Of a DNA stretch of 64,000 nt, positions 48,745 to 57,329 are shown in pieces; positions within the stretch are counted from its first letter, which is position 1, and each line of letters opens with the position of its first letter. The stretch comes from a virus: IMG/VR virus record IMGVR_UViG_3300027733_000001. One strand, written 5' to 3'. The notes under the pieces are model-generated. The model was not told where the DNA came from and searched no databases. It worked only from the letters and a program-made list of their open reading frames with translations. The position numbers and the translations under genes are program-made.

Positions 48745-50106
48745 TTATAAGTTAGCTTCGGCTTGCTGTGCGAACTGAACAGCTTCTTCTTCAGAAAAGC
48801 CGTAATCCATTGCACGCTTGAATACACCTTCAAGGTATGCAGCCTTCTTTTCTTTGTCGGAAGATTTTCCGGCAGCATGTCCAATAGCTAGACCTGCGGC
48901 CCCGGCACCGATTCCGGTGTAAGTAGCTTTATTTGATCTCAGGTGCTCTTGTGCTCCTGCGGCTGCACTGGCTGCACCTCTTCTAACACCTTCAGTTTTC
49001 TTGCTGATGTAGTTTTTGGCACCTTCAGCTTTATTACTGACGTAATTTTTAGCACCTTCAGTTTTCTTGCCGATATAGTCTTTTGCCCCTGCAGTGGCTT
49101 TAGATGCAGCGCGCATAGTCTTTTTGCCTGCGATTCTAGCTAACTGCTTACCTTTATCATAGAGCCCTTTGTTAGCTGCGTCTTTAACGATAGCTGCAGC
49201 TTCATCTTCTGAGAAACCGTAAGCCAAGGCTTGTTTAAACATACCTTCAAAATAAGCTGCTTCTTTTTCATTATTGGAAGATTTTCCAGCAAGATAGCCT
49301 GCGCCGGCGGCAGTTCCAGCTGCACCTAGAGCAACGGCTGCGGTGCGTCCTGGATGAGTACCAGCACTTAAGGCAGCATCTTCGTAACGCTTCTTTGCTC
49401 CAGCCCTAATATCTTTTGCCTTATCACCAACATACTTAGCAGCTGAGTTGGCTTTGTCTGAAACAGCTTTGCCTACTGCTCTAGACTTGTCTGTAATAGA
49501 CTTACCTACTGCTTTTGATTTATCCGTGACATATTTTCCTGCTGTGCTGGCTTTACCTGCAATATAATTTTTAGCTCCTCTGAATGCGTCACCAATACCG
49601 GCTTCCTTCTTCATAGCGTCGACAGTGGTGGTGAGTGCGTTATCGTACATACCCACTGCTTGATCTACATCAAGACCATAATCTAAAGCCTGCTTAATGA
49701 AACCTTCGATGTAATGCGCAGACTTAACAAAGTCCAAAGCTGCAGCTTTTTCTGGTTCTGCGCCAGGCACCTGAGCTTCTGGGTTCTGAGCCAAATGAGA
49801 TTCAATGTCTTGAGAAAGACCGGCGACATCATCGCCGCCATGGTCAGGGGCGCCTTCTGTAGGATGTCCGCCAGCAGACAGCTGAGAAATCAATTCCTGC
49901 AGTTCTTCAGGAGAAAGCTGAGACAAAAGCTGTTCAACATCAACACCACCAGGACCATCGCCATGGGGATGTTCTTCGCCGCCCACACCCATAGCATGCT
50001 CAAGCTCTTCAGCGCTTGGGGTTTCGGCGGCCTCATGCCCAGGACCTTCTTCGGCCTGTTTGGAGAGGTAGTTAGCGATCAATGATTGGATTTGGTCTTT
50101 TGTCAT
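48745..50106 (-). CDS. putative internal head protein with 11-mer repeats and Gly-rich hydrophobic segments
   Basis: Acidic N-terminal domain, three YxEGxFKxAxxYG modules, 11-aa Lys-rich repeats, AAVALGAAGTAAGAGYLAG. Confidence 0.7.
   Translation of the reverse strand: MTKDQIQSLIANYLSKQAEEGPGHEAAETPSAEELEHAMGVGGEEHPHGDGPGGVDVEQLLSQLSPEELQELISQLSAGGHPTEGAPDHGGDDVAGLSQDIESHLAQNPEAQVPGAEPEKAAALDFVKSAHYIEGFIKQALDYGLDVDQAVGMYDNALTTTVDAMKKEAGIGDAFRGAKNYIAGKASTAGKYVTDKSKAVGKSITDKSRAVGKAVSDKANSAAKYVGDKAKDIRAGAKKRYEDAALSAGTHPGRTAAVALGAAGTAAGAGYLAGKSSNNEKEAAYFEGMFKQALAYGFSEDEAAAIVKDAANKGLYDKGKQLARIAGKKTMRAASKATAGAKDYIGKKTEGAKNYVSNKAEGAKNYISKKTEGVRRGAASAAAGAQEHLRSNKATYTGIGAGAAGLAIGHAAGKSSDKEKKAAYLEGVFKRAMDYGFSEEEAVQFAQQAEANL
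48988..49086. repeat. three tandem 33-bp repeats
   Basis: accttcagttttcttgctgatgtagtttttggc / accttcagctttattactgacgtaatttttagc / accttcagttttcttgccgatatagtcttttgc. Confidence 0.9.
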
Positions 50107-50128
50107 ATGGGGTCGAGTTATTGTTTAA

Positions 50129-50157
50129 ATGTTAGCTGAATTTTCTGACTATTCCAA
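50129..50157 (-). promoter_or_regulatory. sigma70-like promoter
   Basis: TTGGAA-N17-TAACAT. Confidence 0.45.
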
Positions 50158-50164
50158 GTGTTTT

Positions 50165-51604
50165 TTATCGATTTTGAACCAGGGCATTACACATGGTATC
50201 ATAATCGAGCTTATCTTGAGCGTCAAGATAGCGTAACGCAGCGAGTTTATATGATGCGTATTGTTTAGCTAATTGCTTGATTGCTGCCTCCTTAGAAATT
50301 TCGTCCTTGCGCTCTAATTTAGCGTGAGGGAGCCTCTTGACGATAGTGATCTTCATAATACGGCCGTGAACAGGCTTATCGAATAATGAATGATCATCGA
50401 AAAGATTGCGAACTATTTTTAGTAAATCTTTAGGTACACTGTGACTGTGTGAGGGTTCATATTTATCTTCGTTGACTTCCTCATCACCATCTTCTTCCAT
50501 GTCAGAAAACATAGAAGGAAGATGTTGGCGTATTTTACTAAACATGTCTTCAGATTTATGACCCATCGATTTAGCGCCAAACAGGTACTTAACAAAGTCT
50601 TCAGGGGAGAAGATAATTCCTTGATCTGCAAGAGCCTTCAACAACTGTGAGGGTTCAAATTTACGCAACTCACTCATTGTATCTTCCGATATATTATCAG
50701 AATGCTTCAGCTTCGATTTTTGTTCAGCAATATACTTCTCTGAAGAATCTTTAGGTCCCTGTTTAGCGATTCCGTCGATATGCTTTTCAATAGCTGCAAG
50801 TTTTTTAACCAGGTTACGTTTCTCTTCCGCATACTTAGATATGCGCAGCACACCTTCATCATCGTCAGGTACTACAAATCCTGGATATAGGGTTTTATAG
50901 TCGCTAGCTGTTTTGATGTATGTATTGTCTGAAGCCAGTTTAAGTGACATACCTATACGATCTGCGGGACGCCCTACGATAGACAATTCGAACCAGCGTG
51001 GATTAATGTTATCCATACTGCACATCTCTCCCTGCTTGTTTATCTCACCAAGACTTTTCGGGATATGTTCACAACGATGATTGTCTGTCTTGGCTTCGTG
51101 TCCGCACCAGGTGCACTTATCATAGGCTACCTTAGCAGCCATACTCACATTAATCTGTTTACCTTCAGCCAGTTTTTGAATTTCTTCTGCACACTTGTCG
51201 TTATCCATTCCGATAACCAACTCAATGCGCTTCATCTTACTATTATATGCGGCGGCCTTGATGTTTCCGTACTTAGGGTCTTCAGGCTTATTCTTGTGGT
51301 GGCGGTTTAAAGCTCTACCATCATACTTACCGTCTTTCTTGCTTCCGGATTTGATGAATGTTTTGTAGTGCTGAATACAGGCGGCTTCCTTGAAGATGTC
51401 GCCATTTCTATTTGCTCCTGTACCCTCATACGCCCCCAAAGCGATAACCAAAGCATCTGTCTGGCCTGCAGTCTTCTCGACGCGAAGCTCGGAGTTATCT
51501 GAGCCTGCCTTGGTTAGGGTGTTGACGTTATGAATCAACTGAACAGGATCCACATCCCAGTTCCAGTCTTGTGTGGCACTGAATTTAATTAATCCTTTGT
51601 ACAT
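50165..51604 (-). CDS. prohead (maturation) protease, HK97/assemblin-type fold with Zn-ribbon insertion
   Basis: NRNGDIF, NRHH (His), NVSMA (Ser), CTWCG...CEH, FELSIVGRPAD; long C-terminal extension. Confidence 0.82.
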   Translation of the reverse strand: MYKGLIKFSATQDWNWDVDPVQLIHNVNTLTKAGSDNSELRVEKTAGQTDALVIALGAYEGTGANRNGDIFKEAACIQHYKTFIKSGSKKDGKYDGRALNRHHKNKPEDPKYGNIKAAAYNSKMKRIELVIGMDNDKCAEEIQKLAEGKQINVSMAAKVAYDKCTWCGHEAKTDNHRCEHIPKSLGEINKQGEMCSMDNINPRWFELSIVGRPADRIGMSLKLASDNTYIKTASDYKTLYPGFVVPDDDEGVLRISKYAEEKRNLVKKLAAIEKHIDGIAKQGPKDSSEKYIAEQKSKLKHSDNISEDTMSELRKFEPSQLLKALADQGIIFSPEDFVKYLFGAKSMGHKSEDMFSKIRQHLPSMFSDMEEDGDEEVNEDKYEPSHSHSVPKDLLKIVRNLFDDHSLFDKPVHGRIMKITIVKRLPHAKLERKDEISKEAAIKQLAKQYASYKLAALRYLDAQDKLDYDTMCNALVQNR

Positions 51605-51606
51605 AT

Positions 51607-52932
51607 TTATTGTATCTTGTCTGCTCCTTCAAAATCTCCTCCAGACTGAAGCAGAGTCTTTTTCCAGTCCTTAATCTGATCCTCAGAATAGGCTTTGTCC
51701 TGGATAGCTTTGATTAATTTGTAGAGGCCTGCTCCTCCTGCGGCGATACCAGCTCCCGCCAATAAAGGTGTTCTATGGCGAACTAAAGATCTCCTCAATC
51801 CTGATGCCTGATGTTTAAGGTCATTGGCTCTGGCATAACCTGTATCCATGATGGCACGCATACGAGGACTGTTAGGATCTATACCTAGATTGTGAGCTAG
51901 AATATTTTTTGTCAGTTCTCTATCTAGCGGTCCAGAGGATGACATATGTCTCTTCTCTAGAAGATCCATAGCTCCCTGGTCTTGACTAGGTGCAAAATAT
52001 TTACGGAACCAATTTTGTAGGCGGCCTCCTTCCTTACCTGCAGTATTCAAGCTCTCTCCCCAATATTTTCCAAACCCTCCTTTTTGCTTAGCGTCCTGCA
52101 ACGAGTGATGTAGGTCTACATGTTTACCTAATCCCTGGAAACCCTGACTAGCATGCGCTTCATCTACAATTTTTTTAATAGCTGCTTCGCGCTCAGCCAG
52201 CTGAACTTTATGCAATGCTTCGGCAGAGGCTCTTTGTTCTTTGAGATGGCCAGATCTAGCTTGTTGAACTTTAGGGTCGAGGTGCGATACTTCGGTAGCG
52301 CTGTCGATAGCCTGCATCTTACCTTTATGTAGCTCCTCTAAATCTTTTTTAGCTTGGACTGCTGCGTTATACTTGGCGCTGAAACTTTCTGGAGTAGCAG
52401 GGTCTAGTTTTTCTAGACGGTCAATCAAGTTTAGTCTGGTTCCAGGAGTCTTTTCCATATCGCCGAAAATATCAGCGATATCAGGAGCAACTGGACTGTC
52501 TTTTTTAGCATGCAACGCATCTAATGGATGTTTGCGGTCTACACCAGGATTCTTTTCCCGAGACATACTGGCCGGCTCGGTTTTCTTCATGTTTTTGTGC
52601 TGAGTAAGCAAATTAGAAGCTATTCCCAGACCGGCGACACCTGCACCAATACCTGCAGAATTCTTCAATGCGTCTGTAATTACAGCCTGGGCAGGATGAG
52701 CATCATAGAAGGTTTCGCCAGAGTTTTGCTTCAACCCTGTCAGATACTCCAAACCTACCAAACCCTTACGTACATCTTCATTAAGACCTTTTATATTTTC
52801 TGCGTCTGCACCTGTAGCCTGAGCATCAATATCTGAAGAAATCAGGGGCTTGACCGCCTTGTACAGGTCTGAGTTTGTGCCTGAATCTGGGTCGTTTAAT
52901 GCTTTCCTAAATTGAGTATCTTTGAGATTCAT
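51607..52932 (-). CDS. putative internal/ejection protein
   Basis: Two Gly-rich hydrophobic segments (AGIGAGVAGLGIASNLL; LLAGAGIAAGGAGLYKLI) flanking a helical region. Confidence 0.55.
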   Translation of the reverse strand: MNLKDTQFRKALNDPDSGTNSDLYKAVKPLISSDIDAQATGADAENIKGLNEDVRKGLVGLEYLTGLKQNSGETFYDAHPAQAVITDALKNSAGIGAGVAGLGIASNLLTQHKNMKKTEPASMSREKNPGVDRKHPLDALHAKKDSPVAPDIADIFGDMEKTPGTRLNLIDRLEKLDPATPESFSAKYNAAVQAKKDLEELHKGKMQAIDSATEVSHLDPKVQQARSGHLKEQRASAEALHKVQLAEREAAIKKIVDEAHASQGFQGLGKHVDLHHSLQDAKQKGGFGKYWGESLNTAGKEGGRLQNWFRKYFAPSQDQGAMDLLEKRHMSSSGPLDRELTKNILAHNLGIDPNSPRMRAIMDTGYARANDLKHQASGLRRSLVRHRTPLLAGAGIAAGGAGLYKLIKAIQDKAYSEDQIKDWKKTLLQSGGDFEGADKIQ

Positions 52933-52950
52933 ATTTATTAAAATTGCGGG

Positions 52951-53256
52951 TTACTGCTGTGTGCTAGGAAGCAACCTGCTAGTCACAGCATCTGTAACCG
53001 GCATCATAGCCATATGCAATCCTGTCTGCGCAATATTTCCTTTAACTCCAGGAGCAGCTAATACATTGTTCGCCTTTGTTGCGACATTCCCTAAAAGACC
53101 TTTATTCTTCATAAGCCTAGGTAAAAGTCTAGAGCTGACTAGGCTTGAAGCGACCATAGGGGCAACCATCTGAGTTAATTGAGGAATGAAAGCTTCTTTC
53201 TCAAGAGCGCACTTGCGCATGCCTCGCATAAAAGCTTGTTCAAATTCGTTATCCAT
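52951..53256 (-). CDS. small K-x-A protein
   Basis: MDNEFEQAFMRGMRKCALEKEAF followed by amphipathic segments. Confidence 0.7.
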   Translation of the reverse strand: MDNEFEQAFMRGMRKCALEKEAFIPQLTQMVAPMVASSLVSSRLLPRLMKNKGLLGNVATKANNVLAAPGVKGNIAQTGLHMAMMPVTDAVTSRLLPSTQQ

Positions 53257-53260
53257 ACTC

Positions 53261-53647
53261 TTAATTCAGGGTTACTACTCTTTCTCCGGAAAATGTATCA
53301 GTCAAGGAGCGTAATGCAGTGAATGCTGCTTGATACCTGGAAATAAAGGTATCTTCATACAGTAATGCTTTGGCCTGTGTGTTAGTCATGAAGTCAGCCG
53401 ACTTCGCATCAAACAACTGAGTATAGGGCATGTCTGTACGTACAAGAATAAATGCTTCAGGTAATGTATAAGAGAAAGCAGTAGGGTAGGTAGGATCTGC
53501 AAAAGTTCCACCTACATTGATTGTAGGTTCCCCGAACTTACGCATCAACTCTTTATCGCTTTCGGGAAGAGCCGCCAGATCTAGCGAAAAGGTGATGCTC
53601 CAGATTTCATTAACTATAGATCTTTTGATTCTTAATAGCGTAGCCAT
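53261..53647 (-). CDS. hypothetical protein
   Basis: 128-aa ORF tiling in the head operon. Confidence 0.75.
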   Translation of the reverse strand: MATLLRIKRSIVNEIWSITFSLDLAALPESDKELMRKFGEPTINVGGTFADPTYPTAFSYTLPEAFILVRTDMPYTQLFDAKSADFMTNTQAKALLYEDTFISRYQAAFTALRSLTDTFSGERVVTLN

Positions 53648-53650
53648 ACA

Positions 53651-55102
53651 TTAAATTCTAAATTGTTCGATGTTGCCTTTGTTAAACTCGGTAGTTGCGA
53701 TGCGGCGTTTAAGCATACCTACATCCAGCTTGGTCAACTGATCTGCTTCAAAAGTGCTAAGAGCCTGTGCAGACACCATTGCTCGCAAGTTAGCGCGAAC
53801 AACTTCCTTCTCTTTAGAGATCTCTGGAGATAATCGAAGAATCTGCTCAAAAGCTCTAACCACTTTAACTGGGTTAACTTTAGAGAGGATTGGATCGGTG
53901 TGCATCAATTCCTGTAACAGAAGCTTACGCTCCATGTTGTCCAGGGTTAGATTAGTTGATGCGCCGAACGGAGCCTGTTTTTTTTTAAACCCGGCGTTAA
54001 ATGCCTCGGTCACAGGCTCCCGTAACAACTCCCCCAATAAACTACGTGATCCCCCAAAGGCCTCCTTTTCCATGGCCTGCTTAACGACAGGATCTTCAGT
54101 ATAGCTTCCTCCGACAACATAAGACGAGTCGGCTGCCTTTTTCTGCATCTCGACTAATACAGGGTCTGTATATTCTTCGTCGACCTGCGCTACAGCTGCA
54201 GCTTTCTCAGGCATGCTTGCTTTAGTCGCTGTAATGTTGCACAAAGAGGCAGCTTTACCCATAGCTATGTGGCAATCTTTCAGGTAGGCATTCTCAAACG
54301 CTAAATTTTCGTCGGCTTCTGCAGCCTGTTTTTCGGTAGTTACAAGCGCCTCGCCAGCCTTCATCAATTCATCGAACATTGCGGCTTCTTTGCACTGATC
54401 AAACATCATATAGCCTGAATCGTGAACGCCGCGCTCTTCGGTAGGGCAGGCTAGCTTATGAAGAAGGTCGAGATAGGGTTCTGAGGCAGAACCGTGCTTT
54501 GCAAAAACCTGCGATTCAAATTCTTCAAAAGATGTGCGGTGCCCTTCATCTCTCCTAAATGTGTCCGACAAATTACAAAACTTCTCATTTAGAGAAATCT
54601 CCGCAGCTGTTTTATCTACAGCTGCCTGAGCTGCAGTTTTTTGAAGTCGATCAATGTAGTTGGCAGATTTCTGATAGATTGTGTTGAGCGTCACGCTATT
54701 TGGTTCATCGTTTCCTTCAGCTGAAGCAATCTCCAAAAAAGCGCGCTTATATACAGGGTTGCTCAACATACGGTTGTAGTTAAACACCGTATCTGTCAAA
54801 TCACTGACTGAAAAGTTCTCTGCAGCATATTCTGCGGCTGTCTTTTCTGTGCATGCAAAAGTATCTTCTATGGCTTTACCGATATCAGCAATTTCAAACT
54901 CAGCAGAACGATCGGAAGCAGATTTAAAGTGCTTGTAGTGTAATGCAACGTTTAATGCTTCTCCAGTGCGCTGAATATAGTTCGGATTAAGATCTAGTTC
55001 ATTAGCCACCTTCTTTAATGCCTCTGTTGGAGACACCCCCGAATTTACCTGCTGCACTGCCTCGGTCAGTGCTGTTTTAATGAGAATATTTGGCTCTTCC
55101 AT
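53651..55102 (-). CDS. head protein rich in K-x-A motifs
   Basis: LIKTAL, FKSAS, EKTAA, QKSAN, QKTAA, EKQAA, GKAAS, KKAAD, EKEAF. Confidence 0.7.
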   Translation of the reverse strand: MEEPNILIKTALTEAVQQVNSGVSPTEALKKVANELDLNPNYIQRTGEALNVALHYKHFKSASDRSAEFEIADIGKAIEDTFACTEKTAAEYAAENFSVSDLTDTVFNYNRMLSNPVYKRAFLEIASAEGNDEPNSVTLNTIYQKSANYIDRLQKTAAQAAVDKTAAEISLNEKFCNLSDTFRRDEGHRTSFEEFESQVFAKHGSASEPYLDLLHKLACPTEERGVHDSGYMMFDQCKEAAMFDELMKAGEALVTTEKQAAEADENLAFENAYLKDCHIAMGKAASLCNITATKASMPEKAAAVAQVDEEYTDPVLVEMQKKAADSSYVVGGSYTEDPVVKQAMEKEAFGGSRSLLGELLREPVTEAFNAGFKKKQAPFGASTNLTLDNMERKLLLQELMHTDPILSKVNPVKVVRAFEQILRLSPEISKEKEVVRANLRAMVSAQALSTFEADQLTKLDVGMLKRRIATTEFNKGNIEQFRI

Positions 55103-55137
55103 AAGTTATTGTTACCATTTATAGCACGTTTCGGATA

Positions 55138-56220
55138 CTAGTTCAATTCTGTAATTAATTTATATTCCGGAGTGGGGTTATCCTTCAATGCAAGTTTGGA
55201 TATGAGCTCCATTGCAATTCGATCTTCTTCCTGCAGGCCTGTGTCGTAGTCGGTACGGTCATTCACAATTCTGGCAGTGCTAGCGTCCAGATTTCTAACT
55301 TTAGACCTATAGTAATTGATCTCTTCCCTCTTGATAAAGAAAGAGGCTAAGTTGTTTATCACACCATTATATGCCAGAGCGTCCTTCTTGTCCTCTATTG
55401 CAAAATACAACGAGGCAACATTATCAACCATTGAGTCCGCGAGATACGCATTCAATTTATCTTTCTCGTCTATCGACAGACATGAGGGATCTACCCCGGC
55501 CTTAAGACCTAGCTCACCTAGAGAGCCTATAATTTTGAAATACCTCCTATCGACATCACTTATAATCTGATTGTCGGCTAGCTGAGTGAAATATGCCGAC
55601 CTCGCTACCACATCTGTGGGAGCGCTAGAGAAGTCAAAAAACAGCTCACGAATAGCTTTTACTTGAGTAGGGTAAAGCTTGTGTCTGTAAGCTATAGCAA
55701 CATCCGATAAACCTGCAAATATGCAATAACCTATAACACAAAAAGTTCTCTGGTGTTCTGGTGAATTTCTATATTTGACTGCAAACTCGTACTCAGGAGA
55801 ATACTCTAGCTTTATCACGTGACGCAAAAAATTCTGCAGAGGCTTATCAGTAATCAGTGCAATATGTTTCTCGTTCCAAACTTCTACATCTTCGTTATAG
55901 GTAGGAATGAAAATTTTTTTATCTCCCTGCTGACGAAGTTTGTCATTAAATAGCTTGTAGAAGGTGTGCTTTTGCTCAGCGGTCATTTTCTCAAGAGCCT
56001 TCTTAAAGAAAGGGGTGAATGAGAATATCACCGTGGATCTTTCGGCCAGTTCTTTATGATCGTGCAGGTAACGCTTCAAGCATCCTGCACCACTGTCTGG
56101 TTTTCTGCGGCAATAGGCTAGATTAGCTCTATGCGGTTCCAGATAGATCAAATAGCGCCAATTAGGGAAGTTGTAAAATGACCCTACCTGATTAAGTCTA
56201 ATGGGGGCCAAGGTTTTCAT
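55138..56220 (-). CDS. hypothetical protein with a possible HTH
   Basis: AGLSDVAIAYRHKLYPTQVKAIRELFFD resembles a helix-turn-helix. Confidence 0.6.
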   Translation of the reverse strand: MKTLAPIRLNQVGSFYNFPNWRYLIYLEPHRANLAYCRRKPDSGAGCLKRYLHDHKELAERSTVIFSFTPFFKKALEKMTAEQKHTFYKLFNDKLRQQGDKKIFIPTYNEDVEVWNEKHIALITDKPLQNFLRHVIKLEYSPEYEFAVKYRNSPEHQRTFCVIGYCIFAGLSDVAIAYRHKLYPTQVKAIRELFFDFSSAPTDVVARSAYFTQLADNQIISDVDRRYFKIIGSLGELGLKAGVDPSCLSIDEKDKLNAYLADSMVDNVASLYFAIEDKKDALAYNGVINNLASFFIKREEINYYRSKVRNLDASTARIVNDRTDYDTGLQEEDRIAMELISKLALKDNPTPEYKLITELN

Positions 56221-57316
56221 ACTCGTCTACCAATGGGTTATTTGAGGACAAGGCTCCTGCTAATCCTCCAAAGCCTGCACCCCAAGCCGTAGCCATCGGA
56301 ACGTCCTTTTTGATATGAGAACGTATCGTGCTCCCTACCCCATTCATTAACGGATTAGTATTGGCGTTAGCCTTCAAAAAGCTATTTATTCTAGCTGAGC
56401 CTACGTTCGGGATCTTGGAGGCTAATCGTCCTAGGGCATTTGCGGAAAACTTACCTGCGCCTGAAAGAACTGCAGGAATTATGGCTGTTGGTAATGCAGT
56501 GAGTGCTCCTAGGCCTGTACCTAACAAAGTGTTCTTTATTCTTTGCGTGTTAGTTAGAGGTGTTTCACTTTTACGCTGACGAATAGCGCTCAACATTTCG
56601 GCTGCAGGCAAACTAGTAATGTATGGGTCTTTTTGCATGACCTGCTTTGCTTCCTGCAGGGCATCATCGGATAGCTCATAGTTACCTGCAAGCATAGGGA
56701 CAGCTACACCAGCTGCCCCTGTCAAAACACCTGAGGCCAGGGCATTATTGGCTACATCTTTTACTGTGTTTTTAAGGTGGGCTTTATGCCTTGCTTTAGC
56801 CAACCACCACTGGTTTGCACCAGGCAGCTGGTTTTTTCCGTATCCTCCAGCATTTGGAAGTGCGTGCGCTTTTGTGGAGATAAGCTTTTTAATTGCCTGA
56901 ATCGGGGCAACGGGGGACTGCAGCTTCCATGAGTTTTCTTTAAAGGGGGATCTAATACCTAACAGTGCCGAAGCTAGACCGAAAGTTAATCCTGCTTTAG
57001 CAGATTCCGGTACAAGATGTGTAACGTTGTGCCACATCTCTCCAAGCAATTTAGATTTAGACTTCTTGGAGGCTTTGATCCTTTCGATAGCTGCATCAAT
57101 CTGCTTATCTCTTTCCTCTGGATCTTTTGAAATGATGGCTGCGGTAGGAAGAACGTTTTTAAGTATTGGAGCTACAGCTCTGGCTGATCCTGGTAAGTCT
57201 TCTGCGATATCTGTATAAGCGTACCTTTTAGGGTCGCTATAAAACATGTTCTCCCGCAGCAGCTTCAAGGCTACCAGCCTATCCTGATATGATGTTCCCT
57301 GTGGTGCTTCAGGCAT
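56198..57316 (-). CDS. putative internal/ejection protein with hydrophobic segments
   Basis: Four Gly/Ala-rich hydrophobic stretches (e.g. ASGVLTGAAGVAVPML, AWGAGFGGLAGAL). Confidence 0.55.
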   Translation of the reverse strand: MPEAPQGTSYQDRLVALKLLRENMFYSDPKRYAYTDIAEDLPGSARAVAPILKNVLPTAAIISKDPEERDKQIDAAIERIKASKKSKSKLLGEMWHNVTHLVPESAKAGLTFGLASALLGIRSPFKENSWKLQSPVAPIQAIKKLISTKAHALPNAGGYGKNQLPGANQWWLAKARHKAHLKNTVKDVANNALASGVLTGAAGVAVPMLAGNYELSDDALQEAKQVMQKDPYITSLPAAEMLSAIRQRKSETPLTNTQRIKNTLLGTGLGALTALPTAIIPAVLSGAGKFSANALGRLASKIPNVGSARINSFLKANANTNPLMNGVGSTIRSHIKKDVPMATAWGAGFGGLAGALSSNNPLVDEYENLGPH

Positions 57317-57329
57317 ACCTTAAGATATG

